24,000 nt of DNA from Cyanobacteria bacterium QS_8_64_29 (GTDB taxonomy: Bacteria; Cyanobacteriota; Cyanobacteriia; Cyanobacteriales; Rubidibacteraceae). The DNA lies in NCBI GenBank assembly GCA_003022125.1, contig PXQH01000069.1, forward strand, positions 1 through 24,000, read 5' to 3'. The notes under the pieces are model-generated. The model was not told the origin of the DNA. It did no database searches and saw only the letters and a program-made list of their open reading frames with translations. A program made the translations under genes and the position numbers. Below are positions 1 through 7,865 of the stretch, piece by piece (position 1 is the stretch's first letter; each line of letters opens with the position of its first letter).

Positions 1-125
1 AGTACCGTTGGGCAGACGGGAAAAATGCTCGCTGAGGGTAAAGGTTCCGGGGAGCTGGTACAAGCTAGTTCTAGGGCCTCCCAATGAAGCGAGAATCCCT
101 TCCTTTAGAAGGGGAGTGTCAAGTC

Positions 126-1178
126 CTAGGGGTAGAACGCCAGCTGCGGTAGCCCCTTGCATTCGTCCCAGCCGCACATGAGGTTGAGGCACTGCACGGC
201 TTGGCCGGCCTGGCCTTTGAGCAGGTTGTCGATCACGGCGATGGCAATGGCGCGATCGGTGCGCGGATCCACCTCGACGCCCAAATAGCACAGGTTGGTG
301 GCGCTCGCCCATTTGGTTTGGGGGTAGGTCCCCACCGGCAGCACCGCGACGCTGGGCGCGTCCCGGTAGAAGGCCCGATAGATCGTCACCAGGTCCTCGC
401 CCACCAAGCCTGGGTCGCGCAGGGTGGCGTAGGTGGTTGCCAGCATGCCGCGCGGCACGGGCAGCAAGTGCGGCGTGAACTGAACCCGCACCTCGTAGCC
501 GGCCAGCTCGCTGCACACTTGCTCGATTTCGGGGGTGTGCCGGTGGCCGGCAACGCCGTAGGCCCCTACCGAGTCCCCCGCTTCGGCCAGCAGCAGGTGA
601 GTCTTGGCTTGCCGGCCAGCCCCGGAGGTACCGGATTTGGCATCAACGATCGCGCTCTCGGGCACGATCAGCCCTTGCTTGAGCAGCGGCAGCAGCGCCA
701 GCAGGCTGGCGGTGGGGTAGCAGCCCGGACAGCCCACGAGCCGGGCCTCCCGGATGGACTCGCGATAGAGCTCGGGCAGCCCATACACCGCCATGGCGGC
801 CGTGGCCCGATCGCGGCGCTCGATGTTGTAAGTGGCGGTGTAGGTCTCAAGGTCCCAGAAGCGATAGTCCGCCGAGAGATCCAGCACCCAGCACCCGCGC
901 TCCAGCAGTTGCGGGGCCAGCTCGCAGGCGATCCCGTTGGGCAGTGCCAAAAAGACTGCCTGGCAGCGCTGGGCGATGCGCTCGGGCTCGATCGCTTCAA
1001 TGGGCCGATCGATGTGGTGGCCCAGGTGGGGATAGATGTCGGCAAACGAGCGCCCGACGCTGCTGTTGCCGCCCAGGTAGGCAATCTCGATCTCGGGGCG
1101 ATCGCTCAGCAGCCGGATAAGCTGGACGCCGCCGTAGCCAGAAGCGCCCACGATCCCAACTGAGACGCGCTCGCCCAT
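126..1178 (-). CDS. argC: N-acetyl-gamma-glutamyl-phosphate reductase
   Basis: 350-aa ORF. It has an N-terminal NAD(P)-binding motif ([18 protein letters not shown]) and the active-site Cys motif ([10 protein letters not shown]). Length and collinearity fit the ArgC family. Confidence 0.93.
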   Translation of the reverse strand: MGERVSVGIVGASGYGGVQLIRLLSDRPEIEIAYLGGNSSVGRSFADIYPHLGHHIDRPIEAIEPERIAQRCQAVFLALPNGIACELAPQLLERGCWVLDLSADYRFWDLETYTATYNIERRDRATAAMAVYGLPELYRESIREARLVGCPGCYPTASLLALLPLLKQGLIVPESAIVDAKSGTSGAGRQAKTHLLLAEAGDSVGAYGVAGHRHTPEIEQVCSELAGYEVRVQFTPHLLPVPRGMLATTYATLRDPGLVGEDLVTIYRAFYRDAPSVAVLPVGTYPQTKWASATNLCYLGVEVDPRTDRAIAIAVIDNLLKGQAGQAVQCLNLMCGWDECKGLPQLAFYP

Positions 1179-1280
1179 GATCTAGTTCCCTTTGGCCGCA
1201 CTTGGCCGCATTCTACTACCGCGCTCGAGCGACGAACCCCCCATCCGCGCCCGCCTCGGATCGGCAGCGGCGCGGCGAGC

Positions 1281-1319
1281 TACAATCGGGGGCAGCCGTC
1301 ATTCATAAAAGTTTATATT
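1281..1319 (+). promoter_or_regulatory. Candidate promoter region for ribBA (possible -10 boxes TACAAT 1281-1286 and TATATT 1314-1319)
   Basis: This is the only AT-rich patch (cattcataaaagtttatatttt) in the otherwise GC-rich divergent argC/ribBA intergenic region. No convincing -35 box was seen. Confidence 0.25.
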
Positions 1320-1356
1320 TTGCGCGCGTTCGCTGCCAGCAGGCACCGATGGGCTA

Positions 1357-3018
1357 GTGGTCGCATTTGACAGCATTGAAGCCGCGCTGGATGAGATCCG
1401 CAACGGTCGCCCGGTGGTCGTCGTCGATGACGAAAACCGCGAAAACGAGGGCGATCTGATCTGCGCGGCCCAATTTGCAACGCCCCAAGCGATCAACTTC
1501 ATGGCTGTCGAGGCCCGGGGGCTGATCTGCCTGGCCATGACGGGCGAGCGCTTGGATGCCCTCAACTTGCCGCTGATGGTGGGCGAGCAAACCGACAGCA
1601 ACCAAACCGCCTTTACCGTCAGCATCGATGCAGCCGCTCACCTAGGCGTCACCACCGGCATCTCGGCCGACGATCGCGCCAAAACCATTCAAGTGGCGAT
1701 CAACCCCTACTCGCAACCGGCGGATCTGGCCCGGCCGGGGCACGTCTTTCCCATCCGCGCCCACCGAGGCGGCGTGCTCAAGCGGGCCGGCCATACCGAA
1801 GCCGCCGTCGATTTGGCCCGGCTGGCCGGGCTGCTGCCGGCGGGCGCCATCTGCGAGATTCAAAACCCCGATGGCTCCATGGCGCGGCTGCCGGAGCTAG
1901 TGGACTACGCCCGCCGGCACGGCCTCAAGCTCGTCAGCATCGCCGATTTAATCGGCTATCGGCTGCGCCACGATCGCTTTGTCTACCGCGAAACGGTCTG
2001 CCACTTTCCCAGCCAGTTTGGCGACTTCCAGCTGTATGCGTTTCGCAACACCCTGGATGGCAGCGAGCACATTGCCATCGTCAAAGGCGATCCGGCCCAG
2101 TTCGAGCGGCAGCCGGTAATGGTGCGCATGCACTCGGAATGCCTGACCGGCGACGCGCTGGGCTCGTTGCGCTGCGACTGCCGCATGCAGCTGCAGGCTG
2201 CCCTCAAAACCATCGAGAATGCCGGGCTGGGGGTGGTGGTCTACCTGCGGCAAGAGGGGCGCGGCATTGGCCTGGTCAACAAGCTCAAGGCCTACTCGCT
2301 CCAGGACATGGGCCTGGATACGGTCGAGGCCAACGAGCGCTTGGGGTTCCCGGCGGATCTGCGCGACTACGGCATGGGGGCCCAAATCCTCAACGACCTG
2401 GGCATCCGCCAGATCCGGTTGATTACCAACAACCCGCGCAAGATCGCCGGTCTAAAAGGCTACGGGCTGGAAATTGTTGACCGGGTACCGCTGTTGGTGG
2501 AGGCCACCGACTACAACGCCACCTACCTGAGCACCAAGGCCCAAAAGATGGGCCACATGCTATTGCAGACCTATCTGGTCAGCGTGGCCATCGACTGGCG
2601 CGATCGCCTCGATACCCCCACCGAGCGCTACGAGCGCTTGGAGAAGCTGCGCCATCTAGCCTACGCCCACAATCTGGTATTGCAAGAAGAAACGCGGCCG
2701 GTGGCCATCGCCATTTTTGGCGAGCCCGCGCTCACGGTGCACCTGGGCTTCGACCAATCGCAGCTGGCCGATCCGGGGTGGTACTGCGATCCCGAGCATC
2801 CCTACGTGGGCGCTATTGCGAGCATTCTGGATGCGATCGCGCGCTGGCCCCAGGTGCAGCGGCTGGAGTTTTTGGTCTCGAGCGGCGACGACCCCATGAA
2901 GGGGCTGCAAGTGCAGCTCGATCGCGAGAGTTTGTCCTTTAAGCAGGTGCCCTCCGAGCTCTGCAACCGGCTGGAGACGCAAAAGATTTACAGCTTCAGC
3001 ACCCCTAGTGGGGACTAA
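1357..3018 (+). CDS. ribBA: Bifunctional 3,4-dihydroxy-2-butanone-4-phosphate synthase / GTP cyclohydrolase II, with a C-terminal extension of about 150 aa
   Basis: GTG start. RibB motifs are present (VVVVDDENRENEGDLI, GHTEAAVDLARLAG), as is the RibA zinc and catalytic region (VRMHSECLTGDALGSLRCDC, YLRQEGRGIGL). Residues from about 400 to 553 lie beyond the canonical RibA domain. Confidence 0.93.
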   Translation: MVAFDSIEAALDEIRNGRPVVVVDDENRENEGDLICAAQFATPQAINFMAVEARGLICLAMTGERLDALNLPLMVGEQTDSNQTAFTVSIDAAAHLGVTTGISADDRAKTIQVAINPYSQPADLARPGHVFPIRAHRGGVLKRAGHTEAAVDLARLAGLLPAGAICEIQNPDGSMARLPELVDYARRHGLKLVSIADLIGYRLRHDRFVYRETVCHFPSQFGDFQLYAFRNTLDGSEHIAIVKGDPAQFERQPVMVRMHSECLTGDALGSLRCDCRMQLQAALKTIENAGLGVVVYLRQEGRGIGLVNKLKAYSLQDMGLDTVEANERLGFPADLRDYGMGAQILNDLGIRQIRLITNNPRKIAGLKGYGLEIVDRVPLLVEATDYNATYLSTKAQKMGHMLLQTYLVSVAIDWRDRLDTPTERYERLEKLRHLAYAHNLVLQEETRPVAIAIFGEPALTVHLGFDQSQLADPGWYCDPEHPYVGAIASILDAIARWPQVQRLEFLVSSGDDPMKGLQVQLDRESLSFKQVPSELCNRLETQKIYSFSTPSGD

Positions 3019-3078
3019 GCCCGGGCGCAGCGGCTTTTAGAATTGGGGCGGATTGGCAAGCCACAAACGCATCCGCCC

Positions 3079-4368
3079 ATGCCCGTGGTCCACAACGAGC
3101 GGCTCCTGGACTGGCTGGGGACCGACTACAACGCCGCCGGCCTGCAGCAGCTGCGGGCCTTTTTGGCGCACCAGGGCACCCTGCAGTTCCCTAGCTTGCC
3201 CAACGGCCTGTTCCCGGCTGCCAGCGTCAGCAGCGAGACCGCCTACACCGGCTACGCCCACGTCTGGATCCGCGACAACATTCACATCGCCCACGCCCAC
3301 CACGCCACCGGCCGTACGGCGGTCGCGGCCCGCACGCTCGAGACGCTGATGGCCTACTGGCAAAAGCACCGCCACCGGCTGGATGCCATCATTGCCGGCC
3401 GCGCCCATCCCCAGGACCCCATGGCCCGGCCCCAGGTGCGCTTTGACGGCCGCAACCTGGCCGAGCTGTCGCAAAAGTGGGCCCACGCCCAAAACGACGC
3501 GCTGGGCTATTTCCTGTGGCTCTACAGCACGCTGGCGCGCGAGGGGGCCATCACCCTTAGCGCCGAAGCGGCCGAGACGCTGGCGCGCTTCCCACCCTAC
3601 TTGCGCGCCATCCAGTATTGGGCGGACCAAGACAGCGGCCACTGGGAAGAGACCCCCAAAATTGAGGCCTCCAGCATTGGGACGGTCCTGGCGGGGCTCA
3701 AGGCCCTGCAGTCCCTGAGCGATCGCGGCGATTGCCCGCAGCTGGATGCCCGCGAGCTCGCCGATCTAATTGCGCGCGGCGAGGGGGCCCTCAGCGAGAT
3801 CCTGCCGGCGGAGTGCGTGCAGTCCCATCCCAGCCAGTACCGGCGCTACGATGCCGCGCTGCTGTTTTCGATCTATCCGCTGCAGGTGGTTGGGACCGAG
3901 ATGGCCGATCGCATCCTCGAGGACGTCACCACCCAGCTGCAGGGGACCTACGGCATCCGCCGCTACCGCGGGGACTCCTACTGGTGCGGCGACTACAAGC
4001 AGAAACTGGCCCCCGAGGAGCGCACGGCCGATTTTAGCGATCGCATTGAGGCGCGCGATGCGCTGCTGGCGCCCGGGGACGAAGCGCAGTGGTGCATTTT
4101 CGATCCCATCGTCTCGACGATCTACGGCCGCCGCTATCAAGCCTGGGGCCAACCGCACGACCGGGAGCGCCAGATTCACTACCTCAACCGCGCGCTGGGC
4201 CAGCTCACCGGTCCCGACAGCGGCTTTGAAGCGCTCCGCTGCCCCGAGCTCTACCACCGCGAAGGCGAGCGCTACGTCCCCAGCGATGCCACGCCGCTGC
4301 TGTGGACCCAAGGCAATTTGGCCGTGGCGCTGGAAGCAATGGCGCAGAGCGTGCAGGAGCCCGAATGA
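3079..4368 (+). CDS. Glycoside hydrolase family 15-like protein (glucoamylase/trehalase-like (alpha/alpha)6 barrel)
   Basis: GH15-type motifs are present: HVWIRDN, AQNDALGYFLW, DSGHWEE and YRGDSYW. The first ATG is at 3079; the tracked ORF opens at a TTG at 3043. The stop overlaps the next gene's start (ATGA at 4365-4368). Confidence 0.72.
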   Translation: MPVVHNERLLDWLGTDYNAAGLQQLRAFLAHQGTLQFPSLPNGLFPAASVSSETAYTGYAHVWIRDNIHIAHAHHATGRTAVAARTLETLMAYWQKHRHRLDAIIAGRAHPQDPMARPQVRFDGRNLAELSQKWAHAQNDALGYFLWLYSTLAREGAITLSAEAAETLARFPPYLRAIQYWADQDSGHWEETPKIEASSIGTVLAGLKALQSLSDRGDCPQLDARELADLIARGEGALSEILPAECVQSHPSQYRRYDAALLFSIYPLQVVGTEMADRILEDVTTQLQGTYGIRRYRGDSYWCGDYKQKLAPEERTADFSDRIEARDALLAPGDEAQWCIFDPIVSTIYGRRYQAWGQPHDRERQIHYLNRALGQLTGPDSGFEALRCPELYHREGERYVPSDATPLLWTQGNLAVALEAMAQSVQEPE

Positions 4369-5927
4369 GCGTGGAAGCGGCCACCGGCGAGACCGCGATC
4401 GCGCAGAACCTGGAGCGCTTTCTGGCGGTGCTGGCGGTGTCGCTGAGCGTCGCTACCCTCTCGCAGGTGGTGAGTTGGCTGCGCCAAGTTCCCTACACGC
4501 TGCTGCTGACTGTAGCCGGGCTGGGACTGGCTGTGTTGGACGTGCAGCTGGTCAGCCTCTCGCCCGAGCTGATTCTGGAGATCTTTTTGCCGCCGCTGCT
4601 GTTTGAGGCGGCTTGGAACATCCGCTGGCGCAACCTGCGGCGCAACTTGGTGCCTGTCCTGCTGTTTGCCGCGGCCGGCACGCTGGTCTCAGTGGTGGGC
4701 ATTGGCTGGGCCCTGAGCGCGTTCACGGCGTTCTCGCTGCCGGTGGCGCTGCTGGTAGGCGCCAGCTTGGCTGCCGTGGATCCGGTGGCGGTCATCGCGC
4801 TGTTTCGCGAGTTGGGTGCTGGCGAGCGGCTGACCGTGCTGATGGAGGGCGAGAGCCTGTTCAACGATGGCGTCGCCGTGGTGGCGTTTAGCCTGCTGGT
4901 GGGTATCCCGCTGGGCACCGAGACCTTCGACTGGACGGTGACGGCCACCCGATTTTTGACCTTTGCCGGACTGGGGGTAGGCATCGGCTGCCTGGTGGGC
5001 TTTGGCATTGCCTACCTCACCCAGCGCTTTGACCTGCCCTCAGTCGAGCAAGCGCTGACGCTGGTGGCGGCGTACGGCACCTACTTGCTGGCCGAGGAAG
5101 CAGGCGGCTCGGGGGTTATTGGCGTGGTCGTCGTGGGCCTGATCCTGGGCAATTTTGGATCCCGCATCGGCATGAATCCGCGCACGCGGTTGCTGGTAAG
5201 CGAGTTTTGGGAGTTTTTGGCCTTTTTTGTCAACTCCATTGTCTTTTTGCTCATTGGGGACCAAATCGACATTGCCAGCCTAGGCGACAGCCTCGACTTC
5301 ATCCTGCTGGCGATCACTGCAACGCTCATAGCGCGGGCCGCAGCCATTTACGGCCTGGGCAGCCTCAGCGACGCGCTGGCTGGCACCCAACTGGGGTGGC
5401 GCGTGCAAACCGTGCTCTGGTGGGGCGGGCTGCGCGGCTCGGTCTCCATTGCCCTGGCGCTGAGCGTTCCGGTAGCGCTGGAGGCGCGCCAGAGCATTAT
5501 CGAGACGGTGTTTGGGGTGGTGCTGTTTACGCTGCTGGTGCAGGGGTTGAGCGAGCGCTGGGTGCTGCAGAGGCTGGGCATGACCGGCGACCGGGCGACC
5601 CAGCAGGCCTACGCCCAAGCGGTGGCGCGCCGCGTGGCTCTGCAGCGCGCGCTGGATTACCTCTCGCAAGCCGAGGAATCGCCCGAGATCGAGCTGGCGT
5701 CCTATCAGCCCGAGCACGAGACGGTCCGCGCCAAGCTCCAGGACGTCGAAGCCGAGATCGAGCGCTTGCAGCAAGCCAGCCCCGGATTGCGATCGCTGGA
5801 TCGCGAGCGCCTGCGCGAGCGGCTGCTGGACATTGAAGCCGATACCTACGCCGAGTTCCTACAAGCGGGACGCCTCGATTGCAACCTGCAACCGCTGCTG
5901 CGCGATCTGCTAGACGAGAGCACCTAG
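4365..5927 (+). CDS. Na+/H+ antiporter, CPA1 (NhaP/NhaS1-type), with a cytoplasmic C-terminal tail
   Basis: The protein is polytopic and hydrophobic, with typical CPA1 segments (ILEIFLPPLLFEAAW, ESLFNDGVAVV, WGGLRGSVSIALAL). The start was chosen at the ATG in the ATGA overlap with the upstream stop. The ORF-track start at 4302 lies inside the GH15 gene. Confidence 0.85.
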   Translation: MSVEAATGETAIAQNLERFLAVLAVSLSVATLSQVVSWLRQVPYTLLLTVAGLGLAVLDVQLVSLSPELILEIFLPPLLFEAAWNIRWRNLRRNLVPVLLFAAAGTLVSVVGIGWALSAFTAFSLPVALLVGASLAAVDPVAVIALFRELGAGERLTVLMEGESLFNDGVAVVAFSLLVGIPLGTETFDWTVTATRFLTFAGLGVGIGCLVGFGIAYLTQRFDLPSVEQALTLVAAYGTYLLAEEAGGSGVIGVVVVGLILGNFGSRIGMNPRTRLLVSEFWEFLAFFVNSIVFLLIGDQIDIASLGDSLDFILLAITATLIARAAAIYGLGSLSDALAGTQLGWRVQTVLWWGGLRGSVSIALALSVPVALEARQSIIETVFGVVLFTLLVQGLSERWVLQRLGMTGDRATQQAYAQAVARRVALQRALDYLSQAEESPEIELASYQPEHETVRAKLQDVEAEIERLQQASPGLRSLDRERLRERLLDIEADTYAEFLQAGRLDCNLQPLLRDLLDEST

Positions 5928-6050
5928 AATTGCCTTTTGCTGTAAAGGCGCAACGCTACTATGGAAAACGCAGGCTGTTATTAGCCCTCTTTGGGGATGC
6001 CAATACTAATTGAAATATACCTGTAGTAGCAGCACTCAGGGGGAATTGTT

Positions 6051-6566
6051 ATGACCTATAAATCCAAGGCAATCGCAAACTACTTTATCGACCGCGCTAG
6101 AGAGGAGGGACGCAGTCTTACTCCCTTGCAACTGATTAAGTTAGTTTATATTGCGCACGGCTGGCATCTTGCTATAACGGGAAACCCCTTAATAGAAGAG
6201 CGGGTTCACGCCTGGAAATACGGACCAGTAATTGAGGATCTATACCATGCCTTTAAAGAGTTTGGGGGCAGGCCAGTCGAACGGAAAGCCCAGGAAGTTA
6301 GGCCGCTAAACAATAGCTTCCATGCCGAAATCCCCGAACTGGATGAAACCGATCCAAGCTACAATAAAGCGATCGAGATACTCGACCGCGTATGGAAATC
6401 GTACTCGCACTACTCGGCTGGGAACCTTGTAGAAGTCACGCATGCTGCAGGAACACCTTGGTCCGAGGCTTACAACGAGCGTGGCCCCAATGCTGTCATC
6501 CACGATGATGACATTCGGAAATGCTTTATTGAAAAAGCGCACGCAAGGCACGCTCGAAACCATTAA
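6051..6566 (+). CDS. DUF4065 / Panacea-domain protein (SocA/PanA/GepA-like; putative antitoxin)
   Basis: 171 aa. It shows the characteristic pattern AIANYFI...LTPLQLIKLVYIAHGWHLAITGNPLIEERVHAWKYGPVIEDLYHAFKEFG, then VWKSYSHYSAGNLVEVTHAAGTPW. An AGGGGG Shine-Dalgarno-like motif lies 8-13 nt upstream of the ATG. G+C is much lower than in the flanking genes. Confidence 0.8.
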   Translation: MTYKSKAIANYFIDRAREEGRSLTPLQLIKLVYIAHGWHLAITGNPLIEERVHAWKYGPVIEDLYHAFKEFGGRPVERKAQEVRPLNNSFHAEIPELDETDPSYNKAIEILDRVWKSYSHYSAGNLVEVTHAAGTPWSEAYNERGPNAVIHDDDIRKCFIEKAHARHARNH

Positions 6567-6574
6567 CGCTTGAG

Positions 6575-6958
6575 ATGGCAAATGAGCCAGAGCAAAGCGA
6601 TCCTCCCTCTGTCGAGGATATTGGCGAAACCGCACCGGACAAACCTAGTGAAGAGTCTAAAACTCTAGCTCAAGAGTTCGGTCAAACTTCCAAAAGGGAT
6701 TACGATCGGGAATTACAGGACGAGAAATTAAAGCAGCAGCAGCAAGACCGTCAAGGCCGTGGAAAATTCACCTGCACCATATTTATCTTAATTTGCTGTT
6801 GGCTGGCTGGACTTATAACGATTCTGCTTTTTCAGGGATGGGAATTCTGCGGATTCAAGCTCTCGAATGCTGTTTTGATTACCTTTATTGGTGGCACAAC
6901 CGGTAACGTTATTGGCCTGCTGTTTATCGTCCTACGCTATCTGTTCCCAAAAGGTTGA
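6575..6958 (+). CDS. Hypothetical small membrane protein (acidic, disordered N-terminus plus two C-terminal TM helices); putative toxin/effector partner of the Panacea protein
   Basis: 127-aa ORF starting 9 nt after the upstream stop. The N-terminal 60 aa or so are rich in D/E/K/Q, with KQQQQD encoded by a short CAG run. Two hydrophobic segments follow: FTCTIFILICCWLAGLITILLF and AVLITFIGGTTGNVIGLLFIVL. I recognise no family. The functional call is inference from gene context. Confidence 0.55.
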   Translation: MANEPEQSDPPSVEDIGETAPDKPSEESKTLAQEFGQTSKRDYDRELQDEKLKQQQQDRQGRGKFTCTIFILICCWLAGLITILLFQGWEFCGFKLSNAVLITFIGGTTGNVIGLLFIVLRYLFPKG

Positions 6959-7073
6959 TTGAGGAGATCTCTTTAGCAGAACGACTTTGTTCGTGAACGA
7001 TATCTGTTAAAACAATTGAGAGGCTAGTGGATTTCCCACTAGCATAGGGGGTGCTGGTAAGTGGGTCGGCGTC

Positions 7074-7177
7074 ATACCAATTTGAGCAGTGGATGCACGT
7101 TTACCAAAGAACATGACTCCCATATTGAGGGGGTTTCGAAGGTCAAAATCTAGTGCACAAGCCACGAGAATTGGTAT
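7074..7177 (+). mobile_element. MITE-like 104-bp repeat unit, copy A (short terminal inverted repeats ATACCAA...TTGGTAT)
   Basis: By manual alignment there are 4 mismatches over 104 nt against 12023-12126. The unit starts ATACCAATTTGAG and ends GAGAATTGGTAT. It directly abuts the truncated GNAT gene. Confidence 0.8.
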
Positions 7178-7178
7178 C

Positions 7179-7466
7179 AGTGGGGTCGAACAGTACGGAG
7201 CCGAGGGAGTCCTCCGCTCTCTCGTCATTGAATCCTCGAAGCGCGGGATGGGGTATGGGAAAGCTCTCTGTGACGCTCTGGAAACGAGCGCGAAGGCAGC
7301 AGGCGTCACAACGCTATACCTCCTAACTGCGAGTGCAGCCAAGTTCTTTGCCGCCCGAGGTTACGTCAAAATCGACCGGAGCGATGCTCTAGTCGTGGTC
7401 CGCCGAACGCCAGAGTTTACCGATCTTTGCCCCGAGATGGCGGTCTGTATGTACAAACTGCTGTAG
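7179..7466 (+). pseudogene. GNAT-family N-acetyltransferase (ArsN2-like), 5'-truncated fragment
   Basis: The sequence GVEQYGAEGVLRSLVIESSKRGMGYGKALCDALE...LYLLTASAAKFFAARGYVKIDRSD...TPEFTDLCPEMAVCMYKLL matches the C-terminal two-thirds or so of ArsN2-type GNATs, including the acetyl-CoA motif and the ...LCP..AVCM.K tail. The N-terminal 50 aa or so are replaced by the repeat unit, and the ORF-track N-terminus (7089-7178) is read-through of that repeat. Confidence 0.7.
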
Positions 7467-7631
7467 CTCACGCCTCCACAAACAGGAGCTGGCTTTTCGT
7501 ACGTTCTGCTTTTAAGTTTGAAGTTGCATGCACTTGAAATCACATTTTATTTTACTCTTAGCCATGACTGATATCAACTACGGGTAATATTACACTTTCT
7601 TAGCGGAGCAAACCGCTCGGCTCGTCTACGC

Positions 7632-7654
7632 AGCAGGAAAAATTTTTTCCTGCT
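7632..7654. promoter_or_regulatory. Palindrome AGCAGG-A5/T6-CCTGCT immediately upstream of the HTH gene (candidate operator)
   Basis: A near-perfect 23-bp inverted repeat ends 11 nt before the ATG at 7666. No U-tract follows on either strand, so an operator is more likely than a terminator. Confidence 0.3.
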
Positions 7655-7665
7655 AGAGTAAAAGC

Positions 7666-7865
7666 ATGCATCAAAAGGTTGTCCGCTACCGCCAGGAGCA
7701 GGAGTTGACCCAAGCTCAGCTGGCCGAGCGAGTCGGCTGCACCAAGCGTCACATCCGAGGGGTTGAAGCCGGCGAAAACGCCTCAGCGCCCTTATTCGCC
7801 GGTTGGAAGTAGCCTTGGGATGCAGGCCGCAAGACCTCATTGGAGACCATAATGAAACCTTGTAA
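7666..7865 (+). pseudogene. XRE-family helix-turn-helix regulator, interrupted by a 1-nt frameshift
   Basis: The frame from the ATG at 7666 reads MHQKVVRYRQEQELTQAQLAERVGCTKRHIRGVEAGENASAP and stops at 7812. The expected continuation, (L)IRRLEVALGCRPQDLIGDHNETL*, lies in the frame beginning at 7788 and ends at 7865. The shift is at the C-run 7789-7791, consistent with a single-base deletion or a sequencing error. Confidence 0.65.

Noticed and set aside
201-1163. Long alternative-frame and antisense ORFs in the ORF track within GC-rich genes. Examples are 201-1163 (+), 668-1084 (-), 3037-3642 (-), 3770-4606 (+), 5207-5836 (+), 14089-14622 (-), 16149-16731 (-), 19133-19606 (-), 19432-20073 (+), 20859-21719 (-) and 22155-22700 (+).
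   Set aside because: Their translations are Arg/Ala/Gly/Pro-rich and low in complexity with no motifs. Each overlaps a confidently identified gene in another frame or strand. This is the typical stop-codon-poor artefact of high-G+C DNA.
1179-1356. FMN (RFN) riboswitch upstream of ribBA
   Set aside because: The conserved RFN core motifs and multi-stem architecture are not recognisable. Only a trivial GGGGCAG match was seen.
7089-7178. N-terminal part of tracked ORF 7089-7466 (MDARLPKNMTPILRGFRRSKSSAQATRIG...) and the similar ORF 12062-12427 (MTPILRGFRRSKSSAQATRFG...) as a conserved protein motif
   Set aside because: The shared peptide is simply read-through of the 104-bp repeat unit. Real homology (GNAT) begins only after the repeat ends at 7177. 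ORF 12062-12427 runs across the palindromic dimer and antisense to the DUF488 fragment and the sugE 3' end.
7574-7840. Tracked ORF 7574-7840 (-), 88 aa
   Set aside because: It is antisense to the clearly recognisable XRE HTH reading frame and has a basic, low-complexity translation.
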